Below, one piece after another: positions 26,051-40,179 of a stretch of 64,000 nt of DNA. The notes beneath the pieces were generated by a model. The model did not search any database, had not been told where the DNA came from, and saw nothing but the letters and a program-made list of their open reading frames with translations. A program made the position numbers and the translations under genes. Source of the DNA: Octopus vulgaris (taxonomy: Eukaryota); contig OX597826.1 of NCBI GenBank assembly GCA_951406725.2, positions 82,026,001 through 82,090,000 on the forward strand, given 5' to 3'. Numbering within the stretch: the first letter of the stretch is position 1; each line of letters begins with the position of its first letter.

Positions 26051-26366
26051 TTATTTATTTATTTCTGCGCCCTTTCCAAGCCTAGCCAGGCTCATGGGAC
26101 CGGTTTCCCGGTTTCTATGGCGTATGTGTTCCCCCACCTGGACGGGACGTCAGTCCATCGCAGCGTTACTCAAGAAACAGGAAGAAAGAGTGAGAGAAAG
26201 TTGAGGCGAAAGAGTACAACAGGGGGCGCCACCAACCCTTGCCGGAGCCTCGTGGAGCTTTAGGTGTTTTCGTTCAATAAACACACATAACACCCAGTCT
26301 GGGAATCGAAACCGCGATCCTCCAACCGCGAGTCCGTTGCCGTAACTACTGAGCCATTGCGCATCC
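26051..26366 (-). mobile_element. SINE family C with a V-domain-like 3' segment
   Basis: Head and body match 10153-10300. The tail reads gctgcgatggactgacgtcccgtccagg...agaaaccggg, ending in (AAAT)n. Confidence 0.85.
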
Positions 26367-26579
26367 AATATTTACTAATACATTTACACATTTCTTCCTT
26401 CCTTGTTTAAACCAGTTAAGAATAAACTTTGCCACAATGACTGCCATTAGCATCGCGAACGCACAGATGCTTTCTCGTTACTTCCTTCCAGATGGATCTT
26501 AAAGGATCTTTGATCAAATGCATTCAAAGAGAGAAACGCTTTATTTTATTTAATGTAGGACGATAAATAATATTAATCA

Positions 26580-26811
26580 CTATTTCTTTACTACTCACAA
26601 GGGGCTAAACACAGAGGCGACAAACAAGGACAGACAAACGGATTAAGTCGATTACATCGATCCCAGTGCGTAACTGGTACTTAATTTATCGACCCCGAAA
26701 GGATGAAAGGCAAAGTCGACCTCGGCGGAATTTGAACTCAGAACGTAACGGCAGACGAAACACTGCTAAGCATTTCGCCCGGCGTGCTAACGATTCTGCC
26801 AGCTCGCCGCC
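26580..26811 (-). mobile_element. SINE family B, full length, tail type 1, with a probable 10-bp TSD
   Basis: Nearly identical to 38635-38864 on the opposite strand. atattaatca flanks it at 26570-26579 and 26815-26824. Confidence 0.93.
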
Positions 26812-27034
26812 TTCATATTAATCAACGTACCGAGGCATACATGATCCAAATAAGGAATTTGCTGTTGCCTTTAGCAGGCTGAGTGACATTGCTGGAAATA
26901 CCTCGCTGGCGCTTATCTCTGGAACCTTAAAAGTTGGTGAAAGTGAATTCATAGATGAAAGAGCTGCGTCAATGAAGTAGTAGGAGGCCATAAAAATGGT
27001 GTCTCGAAAGTCGACATTCCACTTGACTGTACTT

Positions 27035-27078
<44 letters not shown>

Positions 27079-27364
27079 GAGCAAACGTCCCGAAAACTCA
27101 TCGCCGCTTTTGACCTTTTCCAACAACTTCACTTCCGGAGTCACTTGAAGTTCACATTTACTCGTGATGTGTGACGTCCGAAATAGATGTTTAAAGAGGG
27201 CTTGGCTTTTTGGGTTTCGAATGTACTATTTTGTGTGTGTGCGTGCGTGCGTGAATGCATGTACACACACATGCATACACACAAATATGTATTTAGGGTA
27301 GATAGATATGCATAGATTTATGGATGTATGCATGCAGATGCACAGATATATCAAACGCTTTCCG

Positions 27365-27401
<37 letters not shown>

Positions 27402-27781
27402 CACTTTATGGTAAATAGGTTTTCGGCGATAGCCGGCCACGTGCCAAAAGTTATAACACGTGAGAAAGGGGACGATGAATAAAGAGAGAGAGAAAGAGAG
27501 GGGGAGAGAGAGAGAAAGAGAAGGGAGAGAGGGAGAGAGAGAGAGAGAGAGGCAGAGAGAGAGAGATAAGCAAATGTGTGACGGCATTTCTTTTGTGTCC
27601 CTCAAATAAGCGAGAATAATGAAATTTATGTTCTAGGCTCAGTTGTAATTCAGAGATCTCCTCATACCCGCTCCCCCACCCATTTTGATGATGATGAACA
27701 ACAGTGACACCAACATCTACAACAGCCACCAGCACAACAAAGATACTTCTTACTTTCTTTCTTTCCTTCCCACTTCTGTCA

Positions 27782-27812
<31 letters not shown>

Positions 27813-28821
27813 CCTCTTTCCTCCTTGCTCTCTTTCACATCAAACATCATTTTCATTTCACTCTTCAAGTTCGGCTGTCATCTGTTGATCACATTTCATA
27901 ACAAGCATGAGGTTTGGGATTTGAATTGAAAACAATCACACACACACACATAAACACACATACACACACACACACACACACATTCTCAGACCCACAAGCG
28001 TATTCTTCATGAGGGAAAGTCCGAGTCAGTCAAGAAATTTCCATGTTGTCCGTCACATCAAAAGAAGCAAACACACATTCAATTCAACGTAGACTCATTA
28101 TGATTTACTTTGTTGTGCAAAAATGCAAATTAATAAATAATAAATTGTCAGAAGCAGCACAGGATGCAAATTTGACTTTGCACTAATCTGCTGGTCTAAT
28201 CTGCGACTACTTTATAAACAGTTGGACTGGGTTATTGATTGGTGGAGTAAACCGGGTACGACTTCTCGCAAAAGTGGTCAACAAACAGTAAAACGGTCCG
28301 ACAGGAGACTCTCTCCTTTCGAAATAGTTTCTGCTCAAGTAAATACTATTTTCTGTTGATTTATTATGTGTGTGTATGTATGCGCACGCATGTTTGTGTG
28401 TATAGCGTGTCTATGTATGCGCGCACATAATTGTGTGTATATGTGTGTAGACACACGAGCACGTATGTTTTATCTGACGGAAATAATAAAAGGCAACATA
28501 TTCTCTCTCTCTCCCTCTCTCTCTCTCTCTTTCACATACACACACTAGAAACTCACCCCTATATACCAGCAACTGATTTTAGTGACCTTTAACTCGCAAC
28601 CTTAGGTAATCTCCTTAAATGTGAGTGTAATTACATAACCGGGTGGGCTGCTTGCAAACGGTTGTTATTACCCGTCACATCTTACCTGTTACTACGTGTT
28701 GCCAACTTTTGTATGTGACCCCTAACACACCACGTGACTGCTGCAACTGCTGTTCCTTTCTATTGAGCATATCAAGACTGTTGCCGTTTGCATTTCAGGC
28801 ATTGTGCCTCCAATGGAAAGG

Positions 28822-28920
28822 ATAAGATAAGTGCCAGTGGAGTACTGGGGCCAGTGTAATCGAGTGGCTCCCTCCAGCTCACAAAGGTTCAGGCCTTGTG
28901 CCCATAGTGTAAAGGATTAT
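28822..28920 (+). mobile_element. SINE family B, 3' fragment (tail type 2)
   Basis: ataagtgccagtggagtactggggccagtgtaatcgag...ttcaggccttgtgcccatagtgtaaaggattat. Confidence 0.7.
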
Positions 28921-29534
28921 GTAAGGCGGAGCATTTAATTGTGTAGGGCAACACATACCCAAATCGAGTAAGATTTCCAGCTGTCCAATTTTCATTGTTA
29001 ATTAGTGACTTACTAAAGAGCCCGTTGTGCTTTTTTTTCTGCTTCTCGTACTGACATCTTTATGAATAAAAACATAATCAAATATGATTTGATGTCTCCG
29101 TTAATGGCGCTTCTGTCTTTTGTAGAACAATATCTTCTTAGTCAAAATTCCACACAATTTGTGCAAGGGACCTCTAGTATATTGGTATCAGAAAATAGAA
29201 GACCGCCCTTGTCTTTCCGTCGGGTTAGAATATGGGATTGTTGAAACTAAAATATATTTTGAATCAACGCTTTCCCTGTCAGTTAGCACGAGGCAATGGA
29301 GGGGCATATACATAAGCAGCTAACATGCTAGAAACAGCAGTAACACCTCACTTGACTCGCACATTTTATTTCAGAGGTTATTGAACATGGAAAAAAGACG
29401 GTAATGTCACGGCTGGATTGCTTGATGAAAGATCTGTTTAAAGTGGGCTCACATTGAACTATAAAGGACAACAAATTTCTTAATTTTCAAATTATAATGA
29501 AGGAAACTATTGTATGTGCATGTGTATATCTGTG

Positions 29535-29596
<62 letters not shown>

Positions 29597-30589
29597 TGTG
29601 TGTGTGCGCGCGCATGCATGTCTGTAAGTATGTCTAGGAAAGACAGAGAGATAGACAATTTGCATATGCTTCTGAAATTGAGATAAGCCAACGATTTTCG
29701 TCGACGTCAGTGGTAAAGTTTGCTGCAATAGCTTCGTACTTAAAGAAAGTATAGGAAAAACAGAGGAGTTAATCAAACGGTATCTAGAAGTCCATCAAAT
29801 GTAACATTTATCATTTATCAACCGTAATATTTGTAGATGAGATCACATTCTAAGCGGCGAGTGAAAACAATACAATAAATCAATGATAGGGCGGTGAACG
29901 GATGAAACGGTCAGCGCGTAAGACAAAACGATATGGCATTTGTTGGGAATGCTTATATTCTGAATTCGAATCAAACTAAAGTCAAATTTGACCTTCATTC
30001 TTCTCGGGTCGAAGAAATAGAATATCACACAAATTTTGTGTCGACCCCGTGCTGCCCCTCCCCTGAATCAGCTGCGCTATGGGGCATGAGACACCACTTA
30101 GAGAAACATTTTCTTCCAAATATAACCAATGTATCACAGAAGAAAAATGAACATCATGAACGATGCTCTGCCAGAACATGGTTCATGATGTTAAGACTGG
30201 TGCTAAAATCAATGATGAGATATATTTATACATATACAAGCGAGTGCACAAACACGCACACCCATGCACACATACACATAAACACACACACACACACACA
30301 CGCATTCTTTTATTGAAGCTGAAAAAACTTCACAAACCTAGTTTCACTCATCAGTTACAAATGAAACTCGGAAACAATGATTTACAAGTGTTCATAACAG
30401 AGATAATTATTTAGTGAATTATCAAGTAAACATTTAAAATTTATTGGACAGTGAGTTATGTCGTTTTAAAATGAATGGCATCTTTAGGCCAATAAAATTT
30501 AGGCCAGAAAACACTAAATAAAAGGAAGTGAATTACGTTGCATTGTTTGAGGGAAACAGTTCTAAAATCTGCACCAGTGGAAGCATTCC

Positions 30590-30972
30590 AAGCAAAAATC
30601 GTTGCGCTTTCTGAAACTCGTCTCTCTGGTGAGGATCAAGTAAATGAACCTACTTATGGATATACTATCTTTTGGAGAGGCCTACCTAAGGGTCAGCGTA
30701 GAGAACCTGGTTCTGGTGTTAAGTTTGCTCTCACGAATACATTAGTATCCTCCATTGCAGAACTTCCAAGTAGTATACCTGAACGGATCATGTCATGCCA
30801 TATTAAACTGAAAAACGGTAGATTTCCTACCGTTGTCAGTATTTATGCATCAACAATGGCCCGTTCTGATGAAACTGTAGGACAGTTATATGATGACCTA
30901 GCACAATTATTGAGGTAAGTACCAAATTCTGACAAGCTGGTCATATTGGGAGATTTCAATGTAAGAGTTGAA
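30590..30972 (+). mobile_element. RTE-clade LINE AP-endonuclease fragment (pseudogenised)
   Basis: IVALSETRLSGEDQ..GYTIFWRG...GVKFA...ERIM...VVSIYAST...YDDL, then an in-frame stop, then VPNSDKLVILGDFNVRV. These are the SET, YAPT-like and GDFN motifs. Confidence 0.9.
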
Positions 30973-30973
30973 A

Positions 30974-31040
30974 AGGACTCGAACTCACAACCTCGCGATC
31001 GTAAGCTTGACGCTCTAACCACTGAGCCATGCGCCTTCAT
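30974..31040 (-). mobile_element. tRNA-derived SINE head truncating the RTE fragment
   Basis: Reverse complement tgaaggcgcatggctcagtggttagagcgtcaagcttacgatcgcgaggttgtgagttcgagtcc has A box TGGCTCAGTGG and B box GTTCGAGTC. Confidence 0.8.
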
Positions 31041-31345
31041 GCAGAAACGTACGTAGGCGAAAAGAAATTGACTATTATATAAATAAATATGTTTTCAGTG
31101 TTCAGACTCTCCATTTTCCTTATATTATATGATTAAAATTCTCTTCTCCTAAATCGAACGGATGAAAACATCCATAACGAGTCCTGGAAGCTCGTAAATG
31201 TTAATACTAATACTAACACAAATTAATGAATTTCAAGAATATTAATCGATATAGAGTTAAAACGGTGTATGCATGGATAAAATACATCCCTGTGAAAGAG
31301 CAACCTCTTTCCATTCGAAACTATGTGTGTGTGTGTGTATGTGTA

Positions 31346-31379
<34 letters not shown>

Positions 31380-31380
<1 letters not shown>

Positions 31381-31585
31381 TCAATTCAAATAAGCAATCA
31401 TTTCAGAAAAACGAATAATAAAATTAATTGACAACAACAGGACGTACACAAGGACTGTATTAGTTTGAAGATCGGTGAAAAGAGAGAGGTTGACGTTTCG
31501 AGCATTGCTCTTCGTCGGAAAGGAGAATTGGAAAAGCCTAAAGAACTAAAAGAAATCGCCAACAGCACGTGTGTGGTTACATAAG
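31380..31585 (-). mobile_element. short Penelope-derived terminal fragment with a degenerate minimal hammerhead
   Basis: Minus strand uu-CCGACGA-A-GAGC-AAU-GCUC-GAAAC-GUC-aa at 31490-31520, flanked by (GT)n tracts. Confidence 0.55.
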
Positions 31586-31772
31586 TATGTGTATACGCTT
31601 ACGCTTGTGTATGTGTTTGTGCGTGAGTACGCACGAGCGTTGTGTGTGCATGTGTTTGTGTGTGCATTGTAATGCCGAACAATAATGACATTATATGCAC
31701 ATTTCCTAGAATGAAAATGAGCGGTGATACTTCGCGATCACTTCCAACAAAATTATATATATATGCATCACA

Positions 31773-31835
<63 letters not shown>

Positions 31836-34271
31836 TTTATATATATCTGCATCACAATTTTAGCCTCATAAAAATGGCGATTTAGTTGCGGTCGATACTC
31901 CTACCTGAACATTTGAAATGCAAATGCCTGCAGCCAAAACATGGACATAAGGAAAACCAGGAGATTGGTTACAATCGGAGCAAATTTATTTATCAAAGCT
32001 GATGAAATGTAGAATCGTTTTCGTGTTCGATAAATGGTTTGGGATAAATGAAAAATACACACAATTATTATCCAAATGATTCGTCTACCATAAGAATTTC
32101 TTGAACAGGTTTTACAATCACAAATGCTTGTTAATCCATATGAAACGACAGGAAAAGAAATATTCCAGCGGCTTTTAAGACAGACTGTTACAAGTCAGAC
32201 GATATTCGAAGAGTCTATATGCCTCGCGAGACTATGGTTCTGCTCCTGCAACTTTCCTCTTCGAACAAGTTTTGGAGTAAGGTCTTTTTCAAGGAAGCCT
32301 AGTAGTTACCTATTCTTGTAAGATCCCTTTAACCACTCCATAAATGTCCATCGAATGGTAGATGAAAAAAACCCCCGATGTAGCCTAGGACATTGCAATA
32401 CATTGAGAATTTACTTAGTAACATCGAGTAAATGTATGGCAAAGTTGGTCTGAGAGGAGAGAGCCAGAACAAATATCGCAAGGGATTTTATTTGAACCTC
32501 TGATAATTTTGCCTTTAATCTAGACAAGACCAAAGATTTTCAGACAGGTGCTGTGCAAACATCATTGCCTGTTACTGAACAGTAGACAGAAGAGCAACTA
32601 CATATAGAATACCGAAAAAAATAGAGGAGTGTTATTAAAGGTAGACTTTGGTGATCTATCAGACTGACTTACTCCAATTAGATATAGCGTGCCAGTAAAT
32701 AAATGATAGATTGAGCATAATTCAGTATTTCATTTGTTTTTACCATCCCAGCTAAAACCATGTTGAAGCCCCGCTAAAATACTAGCAGAACATCGGTGTA
32801 GAACTAAAGAATTTTGAAATATTTTATAAGACAAACTCAAGTTATTTTAAGTTACAGAGTAGCCTTCAAACTACTGGATCACAATCCAAGCCATTCAGTC
32901 GAAGCCATCTTGTCCTATAGATGTCTAGGAACACGAAAGTATGTGTGATTTGAGGGAGATATATTTTCTATTTCTAGCAAGTCAAGCGACTACGTAGAGG
33001 TTCACTCAAAAACTTTCTTTGGAATAGCAAAACGTTGCAAAAGCGAAAAACTATAAAACAGAAAAATTATCCGAATCACTCGTCTGTTTTATTGCACTGC
33101 TACTGTTTATGATGTTAAATAATACGGGTTTCTATGACAACAGGCTCCACGAAGAAGCGACGACAAGTAGCCAATCTGGATTTCATGTCCAGGACGATAT
33201 TCGTTAAATAATCCTCGTTCTCCTAAAATACAGACTGATGCGTAAATACGCGTTGGCATCCTTGAAAGCATCAAATTCTTTCTACCAATTCAATATGACT
33301 GTAATGGAATTAGACGAAGGAAAAAATGCCGAACTTATCAATTCCAATAATATGTTCCGTAAGTTAGCACTGGTAATTAGGGTTGATATGGATGCGTTCA
33401 AAATGGAAATGGAAGACATGTGACTTTCGTCTGTATCTCAAATTTTCGGCAGGAATTTAATATCCGCAGAGATTGGCTCTTCAGCTGTTCTTGATAGAAG
33501 CACTACTTAACTACGTATTGTGTCCCTGTTGTTAATATGTCTTGAAGAGAATATATATTTAAGGCAGCATGTACAAAATATGTCGTAAAGAAAACAAGCC
33601 GTAAACAACCCGAACGAGAATGCAATAAATGTAGACAACAAGAATACAAAATAACTCTAATAACAGAAAGCAAGATGGCCGTAGATGGTGAGTGACAGGC
33701 AAGGGAGTTAAGTGCGTTGTATGAGATTATAACGGATAATTACTTTTGTGAAAGAGGAGTTCTACAGAATTGTATCGGATGCTGAAGCTGAAGGTCTTCG
33801 TTGAATCTAGCGTTGATAGCCTTCCGAAGATTAAGAGTAAGGAGAGAAAAGAATAATAGGAATTTAGCATTGAATAAGTTTTAAAACCATAATGGTGAGA
33901 GTGGGTGCCACGAATTGATGCATACATTGGTTGAGTATTCCAGAGATATGTGTGTCTTAATGCAATTGTTAAGAAGAATAAGCGTGAAACGGTGTGGGAT
34001 AAAGCTGAACGTTATTTAAATATAGAAACAATACACAGTAAGGGATTCAGTACAGTTTCTATCGGCCCAGTTTCACTGATAAATTACGGCCCGATTCGGG
34101 GTTTAGAAAAGGATAAGGGCCCAAGATTTCAGCGTGTGGGATCGCAAGTGGGACCTCGCGATTGGGTAACGAGCTTCTTAAAACCTGGCCATACTGTAGC
34201 TACGGAATAAAGAGTAACATAATCCTGTATATATATTTATATAATTATAGCCATATGTGTATATGCAGATG

Positions 34272-34310
<39 letters not shown>

Positions 34311-34911
34311 CTCCATGTAAGTGTGTGTAAATATGTAAGATACTACTGAGGCGTTATGTGTGTTCTTGTGTGTGTGTGTGTGTCTGCGTATCTTTTTAGT
34401 TAACCAATGACTGGTTTGCTGAATCCGTATTGAATGCAGTTTAAGAACTATTAATTTATTTTCTACTGATTTAAGCACTAAATTTGTAATATTATTATGT
34501 ATAGTTATGACAAGCAAATAAACAATGGTTCGATTCCCAGGTGGTTCCGAATTTGGTTTTCCTATTGAATATTTATAACTCCATGTAAAGATATTGCTGT
34601 GAATATGTGAATAATATTCATTTACCTATGTATATTTTTTTTGCTTTACTTGCGACGGTTGTATAAAAACAATGGCGAAAAATGACATGAAAATTGTCAG
34701 AACAACGTGTAATGTATTTAATATTCCGTTCTACATGGAAGCTCCCCCACCCACACTCTCTTTGGCTAACATCGCTTTTGAATCAGAATTTTTGTCATAT
34801 CAATTTTGATACCCGCACTTACACCCCGCTCTCTGCCACTCTCTGGACAGACACTCACCCCCACACACACATATACATGTCTTCGTTTGTGTGTATGTGT
34901 GTATATATACG

Positions 34912-34969
<58 letters not shown>

Positions 34970-35426
34970 TTTATGTCTATGCATATATGTACGTATGTAT
35001 TATCGCTAATTAAATTTAACCTTTTTCTATTTGTTTTCATTTTTTCTTTGCCTTCCTAGTAAAGTAGCCATTACTGACAAAGCATTAGACCATTTATGTT
35101 TCCCATAATTAAATTTCTCACTATTTCCAACGAAAGAGGTAAATCAATAATCACATATCTATTTAATATGTTAGAAAATATTGAAGTCAAAACAAGGAGC
35201 ATTGTTAGCTGGTTTTAAGTGAAATTTATTGGAACATATCACCAGCGTAGACTTCCTGTCTATCGTTACATTGTTCGGCTACAACAACTGCTCGCGCTAT
35301 AATGACAATACAAAGACAAATTAGCGAGAAATCGCTTTTCTCTTTCTTAATATGATTCATTGCCTATATTCCTTCAATCTTCTTTCTTTTTTTTTTTCGA
35401 AACACTTAAACACATAGATATAGCAA

Positions 35427-35514
<88 letters not shown>

Positions 35515-36147
35515 TATACATGATATACATGACATATACATACATATATTATGTATCTATGTATATAATCAATGTGTGTATATGTGTGTGTGTGCACATA
35601 TATGGGTATATAACTTCGTAAGTATATATGTGGATATGCTTGTAGATGTATGTAAATTTTTCGCTTAAGAGAAGCAATGGATACGAATCCGTTGTCACTG
35701 CGCCACGCACGTTCATATATCACGTTCTTCTACGCACATGTATACACACACACACATACACACACATGTATACGTGTCTAAGTATGCGTGTGTATGTTTT
35801 GTATACGTGCCAATGCATACATGCATGAAGAGTTAGGTAAATTCTAGTAAAGACTACATGCTTCCAGTGTTTGGTTTACTCTGATTTTAGTCGATTGAAG
35901 AATATTGCGCACGCACACACACAAACACAAAACACACAAACACAAACACAGACACACACAAACACACACACATACACACAAACACACAAACACAGATTAT
36001 GTGTGTGTGTGTGTATATATGTATATATACACACACACACACACACATAAACACAGGCACACAAACAGAGACACACAGATTATGTGTGTGTGTGTATTAT
36101 ATATATATACACATACACACACACACACACACAACACTGATTATACA

Positions 36148-36304
<157 letters not shown>

Positions 36305-36305
36305 G

Positions 36306-36352
<47 letters not shown>

Positions 36353-37729
36353 GCAAACACACATTATACATATATATATACATTATACATCAAAATGCAT
36401 ATGAATTGAGCCGGTAGAAACGCTGTTCTTAAAGACAGGAATAACCTCCGAATTTCCTGCTATTCTTGCAGCAGTGTTGGAGACGCAACTCGGGTCTCCT
36501 TATCTGTTCTGTCTTTATGTTTTCTGCACTGAAGAATGGTAATTCCCCTTTTGTTTTTTACCAAGCCTGATTAAGCGAAACCATAATGAAATCCGTTCCA
36601 GCCGTTATCGTACGTATTATCATTACATTAGCTAACATGTAAACTTTTTCTAAGGGCATCATTTATGATTTAAAGGGCAACATGGCTGGCATTTCAGCCA
36701 TTCAAGCATCGACTGAAATGATTCTGCGTTCGCTCATCTTCATTCTTCTTAGTTTTATTTAGATTCATGTCAGCCTTGAAGGATCAGACTTATTATCAAA
36801 GATTGACTTTTGATGGCCATTTCATCTTTTTTATTTTTATTTTCCTTGTTAAATAAAAATATATTCATTAATTCTCTGTCAATTCTCCTTTTTTAAAAAA
36901 AATTGATTGTGAATCGAAGGAATGGCTGCTATTACTAGCCAACCGAGAAGCTCCTTTTGTTGATTCCTGTTGACTATTTGTTCTATCTTTTAGTCGATAT
37001 CACTGAAAATGAATTTTATCCTCGTAATTAGTCAGGTATTTCGAATCATTGATTTCTGTGCATATCAACCATTAGAGTACATAATACGAAAGTTGAAACT
37101 AAAATGTGGATTTCAATTTCGCTTACGGTTAATAAAAATTAAATCTTGAAAAAATTATTTCAAGTTTCATAACGTATCATGCAAGGCCTTTCTTTTTAAT
37201 GTCTGAATATGGCACTGAAGTTTCAGACAAATTGGTTCTTTCACGTCGATCTGAGATCACCGAAAGAGGTATTAGCAAAATTTAACGAAACTTTCGCACA
37301 CCTGAATGTTTGAAGATCCTTGAGTCTGTTTTGCTTGTAAAGTCTTGTAAAGACTTGCTGTAAACAATGCACTGCAAAAGATTAACGGTTGTTAGAAAAT
37401 CGATATTTTCTTGGTAAATTCAATTGATTGATTATCTCATTTATCAGTTTCTAACCTCAAAGACGCTGCCATCAAGAAACACTTGAAAATGTATATATTT
37501 TATAATTTCAGTTTCAGGAGGTTTGGAGGATATATTCCAAGTGGAATAACAAGATCACACATAGACACGACACCAATATCCGATTCAGTTGTTGGATTAT
37601 GGATATCGGTTCTGCATCGCATAATAATTATCTCTAAGTATAGTTTATAAAGTGTTGTCAGGTTATACATTTTAGCTATATTCCAGATTTTCACCGAATA
37701 TATACATACAACTCTGTGCGCGCGCGCTC

Positions 37730-37768
<39 letters not shown>

Positions 37769-38300
37769 CGCGCGCACGCGTACGTGACAGCGTTGAAAAT
37801 AGAAAACTGTACAAAACTCTTGAGAATATTTCATTTTATATCTTGCCGAATTGACAGAAACGTTACAGCAGTGGATTGAACATTTTGCGGCACATGTGCC
37901 GGCTTTCTGCACACGCATTTCAAATGTAGTTGTAGTTGGAGTTTACGTCAACCGAGAAACTCGGTGCCTCTACAAGAAACTAGTAACAACTGTTCACTTT
38001 TCGCGACATATTAATAATCCTGTGCGTTACTCTCACCTCGTCGCAAACTTAATGGGTTTTGAGAATGCAAAACTTATTAGTTAATTATTGTATTCGAATG
38101 AGTCGAAAAGGTATAGATAATAAAGGATCCGTCTCTCAACTCTTCCCCTTATCATAAGGGATCAACTCGCACAAATCGCTCACTGTTACTAAAAGGTAAT
38201 TCAAGAAGATCCTTCGATACGGACACACATCTTAGAGCGAAATTCTTCATTTATTGCAACTTGCTCCAAATATTAGTTCTCTAAAATTACATCTATACCA

Positions 38301-38366
38301 ATTTCTTTACTGACCACAAGGGGCTCAACACATAGAGGACAAACAAGGACAGACAAAGGGATTGAG
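38301..38366 (-). mobile_element. SINE family B, tail type 1 only
   Basis: atttctttactgaccacaaggggctcaacacatagaggacaaacaaggacagacaaagggatt is the reverse complement of the 38800-38864 tail. Confidence 0.8.
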
Positions 38367-38634
38367 CCTCTTGCATTATACAAACGATCAGTTTCCAATT
38401 CGAACGACACAGAACAACGAAGTTACCAGTTTTCGGCAAGTCGGATTTCTCTTGACAAATATTTCCCAAATTGTCACTCGATATGGTAAAGAGCGGCCTC
38501 ACCCAACACGGCTACGTTCCCATTGACTTATTTCTATTTCATTTGCATTTCGGTATTATCTCCCTTGATTGTCTTAAACAGAATTAATTATCGAAACGAG
38601 TATTTCCTTCTCCTCGGTATAGATGTAAAATAAA

Positions 38635-39045
38635 GGCGGCGAGCTGGCAGAAACGTTAGCACGCCGGGCGAAATGCTTAGCGGTATTTCGCTGTCGTTAA
38701 ATTCTGAGTTCAAATTCCGCCGAGGTCGACTTTGCCTTTCATCCTTTCGGGGTCGATAAATTAAGTACCAGTTACGCACTGGGGTCGATGTAATCGACTT
38801 AATACCTATGTCTGTCCTTGTTTGTCCTCTCTATGTTTAGCCCCTTGTGGGTAATAAAGAAATAGGTATTTCGTCTGTCTTTACGTTCTGAGTTCAAATT
38901 CCGCCGAGGTCGACTTTGCCTTTCATCCTTTTGGGGGTTGATAAATAAAGTACCAGTTTCGCACTGGGGTCGGTGTAATCCACTTAATCCCTTTGTCCTT
39001 GTTTGTTCCCTCTATGTTTAGCCCCTTGTGAGCAATAAAGAAATA
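38635..39045 (+). mobile_element. SINE family B tandem: a full copy (38635-38864) plus a head-less second unit (38865-39045)
   Basis: The body and tail repeat directly after aaagaaata. The second unit begins ggtatttcgtctg and lacks the A-box region. Confidence 0.92.
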
Positions 39046-39598
39046 TATATTTAAAGGTGACAGGAAGAAAGTTGAGATAAATTTCGCTGCTGTGTCTAGC
39101 AAACTGAATGCAAATCAAATGAAAAATGCTGATTTTCCAACAGGAGAAAACATTGAGAAATGACTGCAGATTAAATATTCGACACAATTAGTTGAATAAT
39201 TAAGCTATTATTGTTAATATATTTTTAACTATTCTCGAACGTTGCTGTAAATGTTGTTTGAAATCGTGAACATTGCCGCTGTCCACGTGAAAGAAAGAGC
39301 ACGAATAAGAAGCTGAGTGGCATGCCGTCGTAGGAGGAGTGAGGTGGATAGCTAAGAGGAAAGAAAAACGTATTTAGATTATTAACTTTTAATTCTATAT
39401 AAGACGTATAAATTATGTTATTTAGCTTGTTACGATAAAGCAAAATAAATCTTGAAAAAAAAAATTCAGAAAAAGAAACCAAAAACAAAAAAAGAAAACG
39501 AACTAAAATTCCGGATAACTTGATATTGTTTCAAAAAGCAAATTATTATATTTTTGAAATTAAGCGAATTTAATAATAAATCTCAATAAATTCATGTC

Positions 39599-39713
<115 letters not shown>

Positions 39714-39932
39714 ATGAACTGCAATAAAATTTGGGCTGGCGAAGAATATTATTTCCTGAGATCAACAACTATTATATTTTGAAATTAATATATGACTGAT
39801 ATTGCAAAACAATTTGACGTAGGCCTTCTATTGCTACAGGCCACTGTCAACAATGTCGCGGAATTAACTGCAAAACTTTTGTGTTTTATATTTTATTGTA
39901 TGTCTTTGTGCTACGATGTCTTTGGTAACCGT

Positions 39933-39994
<62 letters not shown>

Positions 39995-40118
39995 GAGACG
40001 ACATTTAACATTTAATTTCGTTTCATTTTATTATTAGTAGCTTAGTCGCTGACATGTTTTTATATTAAGGTGAGCGAACTTATGCATATATATTTGAGTG
40101 TATATGTAGATGTACTTC

Positions 40119-40170
<52 letters not shown>

Positions 40171-40179
<9 letters not shown>

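Noticed and set aside
30335-30356. Minus-strand ctgatgagtgaaac as a hammerhead
   Set aside because: Only 2 nt separate the boxes, so stem II cannot form.
30974-31040. tRNA gene
   Set aside because: It has A/B boxes but no complete cloverleaf or acceptor stem, so it is better read as a SINE head. The same applies to the heads at 10153, 26366 and 6575.
31980-33520. Possible REL-LINE relic (SDDIRRVYMPRE, plus) and Gypsy RT relic (ISADIKFLP...FDAFKDA, minus)
   Set aside because: Weak by-eye similarity only; BLASTx is needed.
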